DNA from: Nageia nagi | Taxonomy: Eukaryota; Plantae; Pinophyta | Assembly (NCBI GenBank): GCA_050084985.1 | Contig: JBITNC010000001.1 | Coordinates: 7,936,001 to 8,000,000, forward strand | DNA: 64,000 bases | Reading direction: 5' to 3' | In this document: positions 37,341 through 50,929 of the stretch, in pieces | Layout of the letters: every line of letters starts with the position of its first letter | Position numbering within the stretch: the first letter of the stretch is position 1 | Notes under the pieces: model-generated | Database searches by the model: none | What the model was told of the DNA's origin: nothing | Seen by the model: the letters and a program-made list of their open reading frames with translations, nothing else | Program-made: the position numbers and the translations under genes

Positions 37341-38919
37341 TAAAAGCTTATGTGTTCTTTTTGTTATTACATATATGTGGTTTACTATTATTATATTCGA
37401 TTGTATTTGATGTAATAGGTTTTTAGTGATGTTTATATTGATGTTATGATCCAATATACTCGAGCTTGCAAGCTTATTGATTGCAAAGGATGTAAAATGT
37501 TTAAGTTCCCTTACAAAAGTATCTCTTCCAACTAATAAAAAACTTATTTGATGTAAGCTTAAATATGCATCTCATGTGTTTGCTCTTGAATAATAAAATT
37601 AATAAATTATATAAATTCATTAATAAATAACCATTATATAATACTTACATGTATTTAAGAATATTGTTGATGCTTAACCATGACTAATATTAATGCTATG
37701 ATTATTCACATATTTTAGGGGAGTTAGGGAAGTAATGTGAGCACTTTACGAGATGACCATGTTCAAAATTTGATGCCTTCATATGTTAGAACAAATAAAA
37801 ATCTTATAGAAAAATGTAAGTGTGGGCAAGATCAAGTGCAAATCTTAAATTATTTTGATGGAATAAATACCTCCCAATCACAATAACAAAGTCGAAGGTG
37901 GCCCTCGTAAGGAATTTTTTTACCATGTAAAAACTATTAATATCATGATTTTGAAAAAAAAATCAATTATGATATTATAAAATTATTTTAGAAAATTATC
38001 TTAAGCATTAAACTCAACTATTAAAATAACAAGGTTAATTTATCAAGATTATACCCTTTAATTTCATGTTGCACGGGTGATTATATTAAAACATTCTAAA
38101 CTATTAAAATGCATAATTTCAAGTATCAAAATTCCATCCCACTTTAAATACAACTTGTAGCCAAACTAGATAAGGTGTCATATTTTGATTGGAGAAGGAT
38201 ATATTACTATTGATGATTTTGAAATGTCCATGATATGCTCCTCTATAGACATACGTTAGACAAGAAAATAAGATGTAATAATATATATATATATATATAT
38301 CAAAATACATTTTAGTAAAAAAAATATAAAATATAAGATAACCATATAAATTTGATCATCTATGTCTATTTAATAGTTATATTTGACATATCAAACCTAT
38401 ATTGACCATACAAGTAGGCTAAAGGAAAGGGATAGCAAATTTAAAGTATGGACATGATGTTGTATGCTTGTGATTTTCCACATTAACTTATTGAAATGGT
38501 TTATACACATGTAAAAGATGAAGGTCTTGAAATCTTAATTGTTAGGAACCCAAAAGATCTAAAATAAGGTTTAAGTCAAATAACGATATAATGTGAACTA
38601 GCAATAGACCCAAATAACAACTAAATAACAATATAATTTGGAATAATATAGCAAGAAGCAGGCCACTTAGAGGGGCTACCTCCTTACAAATAAAAAATAT
38701 CATATATTTTATAAGATAATGTGTATTCCTCTCCTACATATATTTATAGTCCTAGCACACTAACCCTAATTGGTAGTTCATTACAAAATGGTGATTCGTA
38801 TTACAAAATATGTTAGTCCATCTTACAAGTAGATACATATTGAGAATTTAAAATAATTAAATAACATCATTAAATGTTAAGATATGAGATCCCAACATAC
38901 CATCCCTCTTAAAAAGGAG

Positions 38920-39090
38920 CTTTATCCTTAAAGCTAAAAATTCAAAAATTGTTATTGAAGTTGATGAAGTACCTCCCAAGTTTCATCCTCAAGTGCTAAT
39001 CCATGTCACTGGATAAGAACTTTAGTGATGGTGCGATTACAAAGATTTCGAGTGTAGTGATCCATAATAGCCTCAGGTTCCACCATTATG
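38920..39090 (-). pseudogene. Chromodomain at the integrase C-terminus
   Basis: EPEAIMDH...ITKVLIQ*HGLALEDETWEVLHQLQ*QF. Confidence 0.85.
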
Positions 39091-40298
39091 GAACCATCTT
39101 TAGTGAATTCAAATAATTATGTCAGTACCTTTATATGTGAGCCTAAGACCCTCGTGAGATAAGAGACATGAAAAATAAGGTGCACTTTTGAAGATTCTCG
39201 TAACTTCAACTTATAGGTTACGAGTCAAATGCATTGGAGTATTTTATAAGGCCCATAAGATTTTGGAGCTAACTTTTAGGGTCCTTTTACTTTTAAAGGT
39301 TTGTGATGATATGGTTGAAACTAGAGGAAAATCATGTCCCCTTCTTAAAATTCTCATTCTACCTATTGTTGATCAACTTCTTGCTTCATGTGATGTTGAG
39401 CTACTTGCAAGTTCTCCTAAAGAAGACAAATGATGTCTTTCGATTGATTAAGGTGGTATCAACAACTTAAACATTAATGTTTTTAAGGACATAAGAAGCC
39501 ATTATGGGTGGGGCTTGACCATACAATGCTTAATAAGGAATCATTTTAACGAAAGTATAATATAAAGTATCATATCACCATTATGCCAAAGGAAGCCATT
39601 TAACCCAATGGATAGCTTGGATTGATTCAAAGCAAAAGATATATATCTCTAAATATTTATTGGTAATTTTAGTCTAACCATTCATTTGGGTGTGATAGGT
39701 TGAGCTCATATTGATTTGAGTATCTCGAAGTTTGAATAATTATTGCTATAAATTATTAATAAAGGTTAGGTCATGATCATTAACTATGGAAGATGGCATA
39801 CCATGGAGTTTGATAAATGCTATTAAGAAAAAGTTAGGCTTTATTAACAAACTTTAAAGGATGAGCTAAGGTGCAAAAATACATATATTTGGACATCCTG
39901 TCCACTACCACTATTATAACATGTTTCCCATAAGATTTGGGGAGGCCTTTAACAAAATCCATTGAAATATCAGTCCAAGTGTGTGTTAGTATGAGCAGAG
40001 GTCGTAGTAGGCTAGGAGTACCAATAGTCTTACCTTCATGGAGTTGTTACACACCATATTCAAAAATAAATTTCTTGATATCACTACTACGAAAAGGCCT
40101 ATTTGCATTTTTTTTACATCATGATTTTTTTAAATACATAGAAGCAAAATACATCTAAATGTGTCACCTTGTGTAGATTTGTTTTTGAATTTTTCCACAT
40201 TTTCTGATACAAATTATGACATAAATTTTGATGCAAAATTTGCATTGCAATTAACTAACAAAAATTAAAATGTATTTCACATGTTCATCATTTCATCA

Positions 40299-40564
40299 AT
40301 CAATGGATCATATTCACTTGGTCCTCCATCTATACCAAAAGTGATTACCTAATAGACAAATACCCTCTCCTAACTATATATATCAACAAACCCTCCTTAC
40401 AATCCTCACATTTCATAGGCTTTAGCTAATTTTTTTTTCTTAATTCTTTACTTTGTATTTAAACTCCTTAGATTTTAGCTTTCAATTGTAGTTATGGCAC
40501 CCAAGGTAGAGAAGAAGCCCACAGAGAATAAGCCCATAGAGAGAAAAAACTAGTGGTAGAGAAA
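40299..40564 (+). pseudogene. H2B: Captured histone H2B 5' fragment (promoter, 5'UTR, ~23 codons)
   Basis: ATG at 40494 gives MAPKVEKKPTENKPIE.. then KLVVEK after a frameshift; TATATATA at 40375; CATCTATA-N14-CTAAT at 40327-40353. Confidence 0.8.
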
Positions 40565-40995
40565 TGATCCGAAATTAGATCCATTAAGTGTTAAAGTTTA
40601 ATATCTCTTGCTTCTCCTCATCGAAGGTGTTGTATTTCCAATCCTGATGATGTTGATAAGTCCTACAAGAGTATTTAAAATTTGAGAATCTGTACTCAAT
40701 TTTAATCTTTAGGTTATTTTCAATAAGTAACCATAACTTTATTAACAATAATAATTAAAGATTATTATTATTAATCTCAATTATTTTAGCCTACAATAAT
40801 ATATTTCAAATGGATATTAACAATGGCATGGAGAAACCTTGTAAAGGGTTTAAACATTAAATATATATCAATTATTTTTAAAAGGTTGCAATGATATTTG
40901 AAAATGCCTGAAGTTTATTTAAAATACAAAAGGATGTCAATAGATAGGCGGTAATTGAAAGTGAAGGGGATAATTCTACCACATCACCAGTTGGT

Positions 40996-42450
40996 TGTAG
41001 GGAAGAATGGGCTCGCGTGAAGAGAGAAAGAGATGCTCATACAATCATGAGGACATGGACTCATTGACGAATAGAAGGTCATCACACTCGAGGACTCCAC
41101 TAGCCAATTGTGTACATGAAAGATAGTCCCTACCATTTCATACATTATGGTTGTTTATAAGCTACTAGCAATGGAGATGAAGTGAATTGGTTGTAGATCT
41201 CATGAAGGAGAAGATTTTTTTTAAGCCCCAATGACGTAGAGGAAATGGAGATGGGAAGCTAGATGGAGGTTGTCTAATGGAGACAAACAACTAAACAATT
41301 GACCCAACCATAACTTGCAACCAACTTTCCACCTATTCACCATGTACATGGAAGGGGACCCATACTGAAACCACTAAGTTTACCCCACCTGTTATGCTTA
41401 CCAAGGTGCCAGTGTGTAAGGCCACCAAACACCACCTCATAGTACATAAAAAATGGACCCATGCCAAGCCGCATTGAACCCGTGCATGAAAACTTAGACT
41501 CCACCATTGAGTTGGAAGTCAATAACCGATGGGGCCCACTATAGATAAATCATTAAGTTGAACCCACTAGTTGACTAAGACCACTAAGCTACCATATTTT
41601 ATTCACATGTTTAGATACCACTAGCTATTTAATTGCATCCATCGATAAAAGGGGATTAACCACCACCTTATTAGATGCCAAGTGACAAAATATTATTGGA
41701 GTCACCTAGTTTGAGTGGATTGGAATAAATTTAATGTTTCTAAATGTATTAGGATAGTATTTATTGGTCAAAGGGCCTATTTTTGGGCTATGTTTATTTT
41801 TAAGCCTACAAATATTCTAGAGAGCAAATATTGGAAGCTTTAGAAGCTAATATTGGGAGATCCAATTATCATAATCTCACCAAATTTGGATCAAATCTAT
41901 ATGAGAAAAATGGGTATCTAAAAATACCATTTTATTATTACTAATCCTAAATAATAACATTCCAAACTTATCTCATTAATTTGGATAAAATGAGGCAAGT
42001 TGGAAGTGTCTAGGGAGTTCTTCAATTTTTAAGAAATTTAAAAGTGAAAGCATAAGAGAACAAACCTACAAGTCATAGAATTACAAGAAGGATATCAATT
42101 AGTATGTGATAATACTAATAAAACAATCAAATAAGAGATGTTGAAAGAGATAAGAGCCCATTGGGGCTTGTTATTATCACCATTCCACCATTAACAAAGA
42201 GCAACATATTTGTTGGATGTAGGCTAGAGAGGGACGAACCTAGGTATATCTTGTGTCCTTTTCTTGTGTGTGCTCTTATTACTATTATTTTAATTATGCA
42301 AGCACTTATAACTTGATTTACCTAAGTATGCATTGAATCCGTTAAGAGGGTGGTACTCCACTCTTATTTACGGATCAAGAAATCACCAGTTATAGAAAAT
42401 AAAAATCCTGCTAAGTTCGGTAAGAAATTTCCCAAAGAAGTAGGCAACAA
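40996..42450 (+). mobile_element. LTR-like insert inside the CACTA element, ends unresolved
   Basis: Begins TGTAGGG; LTR-like composition with T-rich U5-like part near 42240-42330; no convincing TSD. Confidence 0.35.
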
Positions 42451-45400
42451 TAAATGGACAACAACAGTATAGTCTTTAATGCATTATTTGGTAAAAATAA
42501 ATATAATAAATTCAAATTTTAAAAACCTAAACCATTAACCTCATTCTTGAACTAGTTTAATATACTAATGTCATTGCCCCAAAGACATAATAAAAATGAT
42601 GTACCTTGCAGAGACCATAACTTTTGATCTTGATATTTTTTTGAGTCATTTTTTATAAATAATACAAAATTAAAATATCTACAATTATGTAATATCACCT
42701 TATGAAAATTAATGAAAATCTAATGCAAATTCTAAAAATTTGACACAAAAATTGATGCAAATTTTGAACATCTGACATAAAAACTTACAATCTGAGGTAA
42801 AAAAAGGATGCAAAAATTATTATGTTAATTAAATCAAAATTTGCATTGATTTTTGGTGCTAAAATTTAAAAAATACTTTATATTTGAATGCAAAAAAGGA
42901 TGCAAATATAGTATTTTCAAATAGTGTATCTTATTTCATTCTAATCTAGTAGAAGGAGTAGGTCACTCATTTATATATCTTCATAAGGCGAGAATGTTTG
43001 GTACTTGGACTAACATGTAACTCATAAAGTACAACTCATGACATAAAAAACATGGTAGGTAGTGCAACGTGGCTCTTGAAATGAATAATCCCATCATGTC
43101 AAGAAAAATGGGATTTGGTAGCAGGTTCATTCCAAAGTTATTGAATCAACGTTTGAGTAGAGTTGTCATGGAGCCATTCTTGTTTAACATGATCTATCCA
43201 TTAAGGAACTAAGGATGAAAATACTTGAAGTTTCATGAGCTCCTCAAATTTTGAGAAAGGTTATCAATAATATCTATATTTTCTCTACCCATTTGATACA
43301 CAATCTCATAATCATATCACAAAAACTTTATAACCTATTTTTCTTAGTTTAAAGTTAAGATTCATTACTCCAATAAGTATTTCAAACTATGATGATTTCT
43401 TCGAATGAGAAAGTGTTGACCAATAAGGTATGATTTCCATCATTGAACAATATGAATAATGGCTAACATCTCTTTCTTTAAGGTGGATTTGACCTATTAT
43501 TTACTTAATAATACCTTACTAGTGAAATCCAAGGTTCATTCCTCTTACATCAAAATGGATCCAAGTCCCACTTTAGAAGCATCATTCTTAATGATAAATA
43601 TTTTTTGAGAAATTATACATGGCCAATAATTGAGTGGAATATATAGTTTCCTTTATTTTATGGATATATTCTTTAGTAATGGGTGACCAAATGAAGGTAT
43701 TCTTGTTTAATAGCATTATGAGTGGGGATGCAATCTTGTCATAATCCTTTCACAAATTTATGATAATACCCTCCTAAGAATCCATGCAATCCCTTTAGTG
43801 ATTTGAGAAGAGGTAAGCTTTTCATATATATAATGTTAAGCTGATCCACCTTAACATCTTCTTTAAAGACAATATTCTTTAGATACTTAATCTCAGTATG
43901 TGCAAAGGAACATTTGGAATGCTTGACATATAACTAATGATATTCAAGAATTTGCAAGTTTATAAGGTGAGGGTGAAATAGGTTAAAATATCATAAAAGA
44001 AAATTAGAATAAAATTTATAAGGTGAGGGTGAAATGCCTAATTTATAAGGCTTTGAAAGGTGGAATAAGCATTTGTAAGACCAAATGATTTAATAAAAAG
44101 TCATATTGGCCTTCATATATACAAAAAGAAGTTTTAGAAACATCCTCATCATGGAGCCTAATTTGATGATACCCATATTAGAAATCCATTTTAGAAAAAT
44201 ATTTAGCACCATGGAGTTCATCTAGCAACCCATCAATGATTGGGATAAGAAACTTATTATAAACACCCTAAAAATGTTTTTTTCTTCATTTATAGGGTTA
44301 CATTGATATTTTGGCATTTATCATGTATTATACTATCATGCTTGGCTAACATGTGTTTATAGGTTCTTCAACCAGTTTGATCGAGTTAGTTTCGACCTTT
44401 AAGTTATTCAAACACTTTTGTTCCTAGTCGCCCAAATGATCTTGTAGGCATCATAATCGCTCGAATGATCTTGACTAAGTATTATAAAAGCCAATGGGCT
44501 CACATTTTGAACCTTTTATTTTGCATTTTGACATGCTATTGCACAGACTCTATGACCTCTATAGTTTCCTACGCTTGTACCACGGTTTTGTGACATCATT
44601 GTAAAGGCTACATCACATCTTGAGCTTTCCTCTCTACACTGTGAGCACACTTCTCCATGCTTCATGGAGTGAGGTACCTTTTGGTTATTTAAGGTTTTCT
44701 TAGGTTATTAATGGTTGATTTCATGATTAATTGCATATTTGAAGCTCAAAGTATTCTTAATCGAAGAGTTGTGTCCTTGATTTAATCACAAATTTACAAT
44801 TGTGTGACATATTAGGCATTTATTTAGGCTAATTCATACTATAATTTTAAGTTAAGGTTTAACGTTTAAGATATAAACCCTAGGGTTGAACATTATTTCT
44901 TGATTATTTAGCATTAGAGCATCTAAATATATTCTTTGTAGTTTTAAATTCACAATCATTGTTATCATAGTTTATCGTTTGGCTAGATCCTTAAGCACAC
45001 ATTGTCTTTGTCAAATCTTTATCATAACTTTATCAACTATTTTTTTCATTTATCATTATATAAGCATTTTCCCATAGTATTTATGAGTTTGCATCATAAA
45101 CATTGTGATCATTTATAGCATCCATTTGATTTGGATTAGGGGACCTACAACCTCTTTGAGTTGGGGTTTCACCCCAATTGGTCAATCACAAGGTCTGAAG
45201 GACTTGTTATTTGAGGTCTCCACTAATATTTATTATTTATATTTTATATTTGACATCATTTGCAACATTTAAGTATAAAGGAATATCTCTAAACCTTCTA
45301 TTTTCATTATTGTCAAATCATATCATAGGAAAATTAGATTTGAATGAATCAATATTCTTTGAGTACTCATAAATGTTGCAAGTGATTCACGGCCAAGGAT

Positions 45401-46959
45401 TTTGACCCATTCACATATGGAGATCATGGTGGGACCTTGCTGGTCCTAAAACCTCAATACATAAGAGTATTGTTTGATCCTTTACCTTATTTTTGGTGGT
45501 TTAAATTTTTGTACATTTCTTACAATTTGAAGAGACTATGTGATTGATTTTCGACCAAATTTGTAGGATACCTTACTAGGCATGGATAGAGCTTAACTTG
45601 AAGACCTTAAAGGTTCACTATAAACATAGAGCTAATAATCCTTATACCTACTAATTTTGACTATAAATCATCCTCCAAAAGGATAACCCTCAGGTCATCT
45701 AGATGATTTGTACAGTCTCCATCCTTCTAAATGATTCTACATGCAGATATGTTTTTACTACTATTTTTACATTTTCTTTCACTTAGATCTCATCTATAGT
45801 AGGGATAACAGTCCACTTTTAGGTTTTTCTATACAAGTTTGGGTGTCCTTATCATAGGATGCATCATTTTCTCTATCATAGGGTAAGTGCACTTTAGTCA
45901 TATGGATGATTGTTGATTAGCCATATGACTAGCATTATTTCCCATAGTCATCCTTGTAGTGGATGATTATGTGGTAAAGTGTTGTAATATTTATTCAATT
46001 AGTTAGTGAGGAATGAGAAGGAGTGCTCTTGGATTGGGTCAGTCTTTGAGTTTCTTTTTGTACTTGGTCAATGCTATTTGTTTGGTCTTTGCATATAGGA
46101 TTTCCACTTCTCCTTAGTGAAATTTGCATTGCATTTTGGAGGGAGTGGTGCATACACTTGGAAATATCATTTGATGCTTAAAATTTACATCTTAAATAAG
46201 TGTTTCCTTTCTATTTTAAGGATTCTTTGCTAATTATTTGGTGCATTCAAAAGAATTGTTATCTTTTATTTGAAAAGAAAAAAGAAAATTTTATTATTTT
46301 ATTATCCCTGGGGTGGGAGTGCCTTGGAATTTATTTTGAAAAGTAAGTATTTGGGAGGTGTAATTGCATTACACTATCATCCTAGGATTGCATCTCATAT
46401 TTTCTTATTGTACTAAAGTCCATCATAAGCCTAGGAAGTGACTAGGGTATGTGGATGCCATTTCCACTACCTAACCCATTCTTGGATTTCATCACCAAGG
46501 TGGGAGTCCCCTATTCATGAGGAATGTGAATAGGGGTACCTAAGACACCCTTGTAAAATGATTCACCCCCATAGAGATTGAGCCTTACCCAAAAACACTT
46601 GACTAGAATCACTTATAGGAAAATTAAAAAGAGTCAGAATTTACAATTGCATTTAAAATTTATTCACTAAAAATACAATACCTTAAATTGAACAAGAAGC
46701 AACTAAACAATATAAAAACCACTACTATCTATCACTATTTCTTCTTATCATTTATTTCATCTTTGAAGTGATCATAGAGGTTGTTTGGTGTTAAGTGCAT
46801 TTACATTAAATAAGATCTTTAACAAATTCTAGGCTCTTTGCTTGGTGATTTAGTGCTTTAAGCATTATTTCATTTCATTGTATGCTTTTGAGTTTACTTA
46901 GAGTTTTTGTTTGATCTAACCTATTCCACCTTTATCATTCTATTTAGTCTACCCTTTTC

Positions 46960-49680
46960 ATCATGTCTCGCATACCTTATGCAGATGAAATTCTTTAGTA
47001 TTCACATATGGTCGAGACTAGGAGTCAACGTAGGACTAGGGAGTTAGAGGAAGAGGAATGAAATAATCAAGTAAATCAATCACATCCTCCTCCTCCTTTA
47101 TAAGCATCTCATAGTATGTCACACATGCCCCATCATATGTGAGCATATTTTGACATCACCCCATACTTCATTTAGTCAAACTTTAGTGAGGTTTCATTTC
47201 CTTGAGGCTACCCCTTGGTAGGAGGAGCAAGATTATGTGACGCCCCATAGGGTTAGCCTATTTAGGATAGAGGATCACCTTTCCTTAGAGAGACCTTCCA
47301 CACACCATTAGATAGATCCCCCTCATGATGATCCTTACCATATCTCACAATGTGATTTAGATCATTCTGCATCTAGATCATGATCTAGTTCAATCCACTT
47401 TCTCCTCCATTCTTTCAAGCCACACCTATCTTCATGTGAGATGTTTCTTAGTGATCCCATGATTCAACCTTTATATAGATAATTTTTGGATACTTAGGAT
47501 CACCCTTTATATGTACTTGATAGGGAGCCTTCACCTCATGTTATTGATGTCCCTCAGCCTAGGGTTCATCCATATGATGGAGAGATGTAATATGGTCACA
47601 TAGAGGATGCCTCTTTATCCCCTGTCACTAGGTCACATCCTCTTCATCCCACTACATGATATACCATTGATGAGCCTCCTAATATGTTTTATCATGTGAA
47701 GCTCCTATTACATCATAAGTTACCCCTTATGTTGGTACATCACATGATACACCCCCTTCGTGCCCAAGACCCTCCATGTTTAGGTCTTCTCATGATTCTT
47801 CATATCCTCCTCTAGGTGGACTACATAGAACTCCACCTTTGATCCCATCAACCCTAAGCCCCATGTTATTATGTACCATAGGACTCCTCCACCTCCTCTT
47901 GATTATTAGGTTGGGTATTACTATGATGAAACCCATCTTACAAACTAAACTAAATGTAATCTTATGTCTCGTACTATCTATGATCATGAGCCTGTTCACC
48001 ATGTCAATTCTCATCCTATTTATCCTAGCATACCCCATGTTCCTATCTCTCATTCATAGCTTATCATTCAATCTAGAGTCCATTTAGGGTATGGGCCCCC
48101 TTCATGCCTGGTCGATCCATCACCATAGCCACATTATTCATCTTGCAGCGATGCCATCCTGATAAGTATACACACATAAGATTGTAGATCCTAATAATGC
48201 ATATATCCATCATATTTACCTTGTACCCCACTTTGATCCTTGGTATGATGAATCATCTCATCATGCCCAAGCCTCTTCACATGGGCCCACTTGATTTTCT
48301 AGCTATCATGAGTTGTAGTGTCCACCCACTATAGGGGTTTTGGGTTGAAACCCTCCAAATATTGGACCAAAAGTAACATTTGATACATATCCTAATTATG
48401 AGAAATCATACAAATAAGATCAATATTCATATGATGATGATCAATATGACCAATATGATCAATATGATGACCAAACCATTAGTATCATACCAAAATAATA
48501 GGTTATAGTTAACCTCCAACCTCTCACAGTTAATGATGAGATCTTAAATAGGTTGGAGGACATGGAACTTAAAGTTAGTAAGAATGGAAAGGCCAATTTA
48601 TCATACAATTTGATTTGTAACGAGCCTATTCACCCAAGTGTACCAATGAAAACCTTTCCTCGATGATGTACTCAGGCTTAGGACCTTCCCCATGAAACTA
48701 GTAAGCCAGGATTTGGATTGGTATAATAATATTCCGTAGCATAAAATTTATTCTTTTGAGAAATTGGCTTATAAGTTCTTAGATCATTTCACCATCAACA
48801 TATGTAAATAAGTCTCCATTACAAACTTTGAAAAACTTTCACAGTTTAAGGATGAGTCCATTTCAAATTACATATGTAGGTGGAGAGCCATTATCATAGA
48901 CATGCCTTATACTTTGTTACAAGAAGAACTGGTCAAGTTGTTCTCTAGGAGCTATAATAAGCATATATATTTTATCCTTATAATTCAATAGCATTGCACC
49001 TTTGATGAGGCATTATATCAAGCCAAGTTAATAAAAGAGGTTAAGATTCAAGATGGAGAAATAAAATTGAGAAAGAGAGAGAACAACAATATAAAGTACT
49101 ACAATAATGATGATAACCCTAATGCTTCATATCAAAAATTGCAAAGTAATCAAGTATCTCATGAGGTATCAAAAACACAGCTGATGGTTCAATTGGCTCC
49201 TCCATGGCTACCTAAGTCTAATCCACCTCCACAAATACAAGCTCAATAAAAACCTAATAAAAATAATGATCTAAATAATCAACAAGATGCTTACAGACCT
49301 TCGAAAATCCAAGGCCATGCAAACCTTGGACCCCTTTGGTTGAACCTATTAAGGAAGTTTTGTAGAAACTCTTAGATGCATAATTGATCAATCTTCCTAA
49401 AGTCAAACCAGAATATCCTAATCAGGAGAAACCAACATGGTATAAATATAATAAATATTACATTTATCATAGATAGAAAGGACATGATATAAATAAATGC
49501 AATCAATTAAGGAACACAATTCAGAGGCTAATAGATAATGGGCAAGTGTCGATAGAAAATATAGTATACTTTACTTTTAGTTCAACCATTGATAGAGGAT
49601 ATGGAGGCAGTTCCATCAACTTTGCATAGATGTCTAAAGTATCTACATAATAAAATGATCCATTGTATTATAGGTGATCC
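46960..49680 (+). pseudogene. Ogre-like gag region (Pro/His-rich N-terminus, Gag core) and protease C-terminal stub
   Basis: MVETRSQR at ~47008; QFKDESISNYICRWR Gag core at ~48842; IEDMEAVPSTLHRCLKY at ~49590 matches the GRPWIH..AVPSTLHQ protease end; no protease active site seen. Confidence 0.7.
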
Positions 49681-50339
49681 AAGCCCCTTCAAGTCCCCTC
49701 ATATACCATTTGGGCATCTTTTTCCCATCACCATTCTTATGAATGATCATCCCAATCTGGTGTTGTCCTGTTCATAAGAACCTTCATCTTCAACTTTGTC
49801 ATATGTTTAGTCTACTTCATCCTCGTAGCCATCCTCCTCATCTCCCTTGAGCGTGGATCCCTTTATATGCCATGAGGGTAAGTCACCTGAGGATTCTACA
49901 TGACCTTTTTCCACTCATTAGATCCAGTCTCCACCCATCCATGGAAATGATTGATCATCCTATCATTGAGTGCCTCCATCCGATCATTTTCATTTATCTT
50001 CATTATGTCTAGTATCTGATTCACTGTAAGAAGATGGACCTCTTCCTCTTTTGTTGGTCCCAATCCTTTTGACCAACATCATGTCATCATCATCCAAATT
50101 CTCCAAGAATGAGTGTCTTGGGAAATGGGAATATCATATTAATAATGTGCTTTTTCATATTCCCTCCATAAAAGACTTGAGGAGACCTCAAGAATCCCCA
50201 CTTTCTCTTGAATCTCTCATCCCAATAAGAATGCATTCGAACCTATATTTATTCATTTATGTGAGTGTGGATTCACCCTAGGAAAATCCTCTTAAGCATT
50301 GCATCAAGGAAAAAATTTATGCCAAAATAGAATATCTTT

Positions 50340-50480
50340 CATGTCTTGAATTAGCGTGTAAACTCCTTGCTATATTAAAGTGCCAAGGGTATGGCCTAGG
50401 CAAATATGAACAGATACAAGTTCATGATTTTTTGATTCCATTTCAATCTAACTGAGATAAGCATGGTATAGGGTTTTATG
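50340..50480 (+). other. G-patch-like remnant downstream of the protease
   Basis: KCQGYGLGKYEQ...DKHGIGF resembles GY..G.GLG...QG...GLGY. Confidence 0.55.
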
Positions 50481-50929
50481 ATCCTAAAATTAAATCTCTA
50501 GAAGAAAAATTTATTGATCTTAATATTCTAAAAGGGGAGATGGAACATGATGACGAGCATGACATCTATTTATATTTTGGTCCATCTAGTCCTCATGCTT
50601 TAAAGTGTTCTATACCAGATAATTTCTTCCACAAACCTTCAATTAGTCCTTACCTCAATGTTTCTATGGTATTTGTAAATGGTTTTTCTCCTTTTCTCCC
50701 TCTTTTGGATTACAACTCATACAATTCTATTAGTATTTTGTCCCCAAATATCTCTTCACCTTTTTTAGGTCTATATTTTTGTTTATGTGATGCCTTTTTT
50801 TTTTTTTTTTTCTGATTGCTTTGACAAAATTGACTCTTTTATTTTGGATTCTTTCATTGATATTCTAGATGAGTATGAATACATACATTCCCATTTTCAA
50901 GTAATTAGAGGATGGATCCCACATGCACA

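Larger units (their letters stand above)
40082..42926. mobile_element. Non-autonomous CACTA element (2845 bp), Pack-type
   Basis: Termini CACTACTACGAAAAGGCCTATTTGCAT...ATGCAAATATAGTATTTTCAAATAGTG; 3-bp TSD TAT at 40079-40081 and 42927-42929; subterminal GATGCAAA repeats at both ends; integrase sequence resumes on both sides. Confidence 0.9.
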
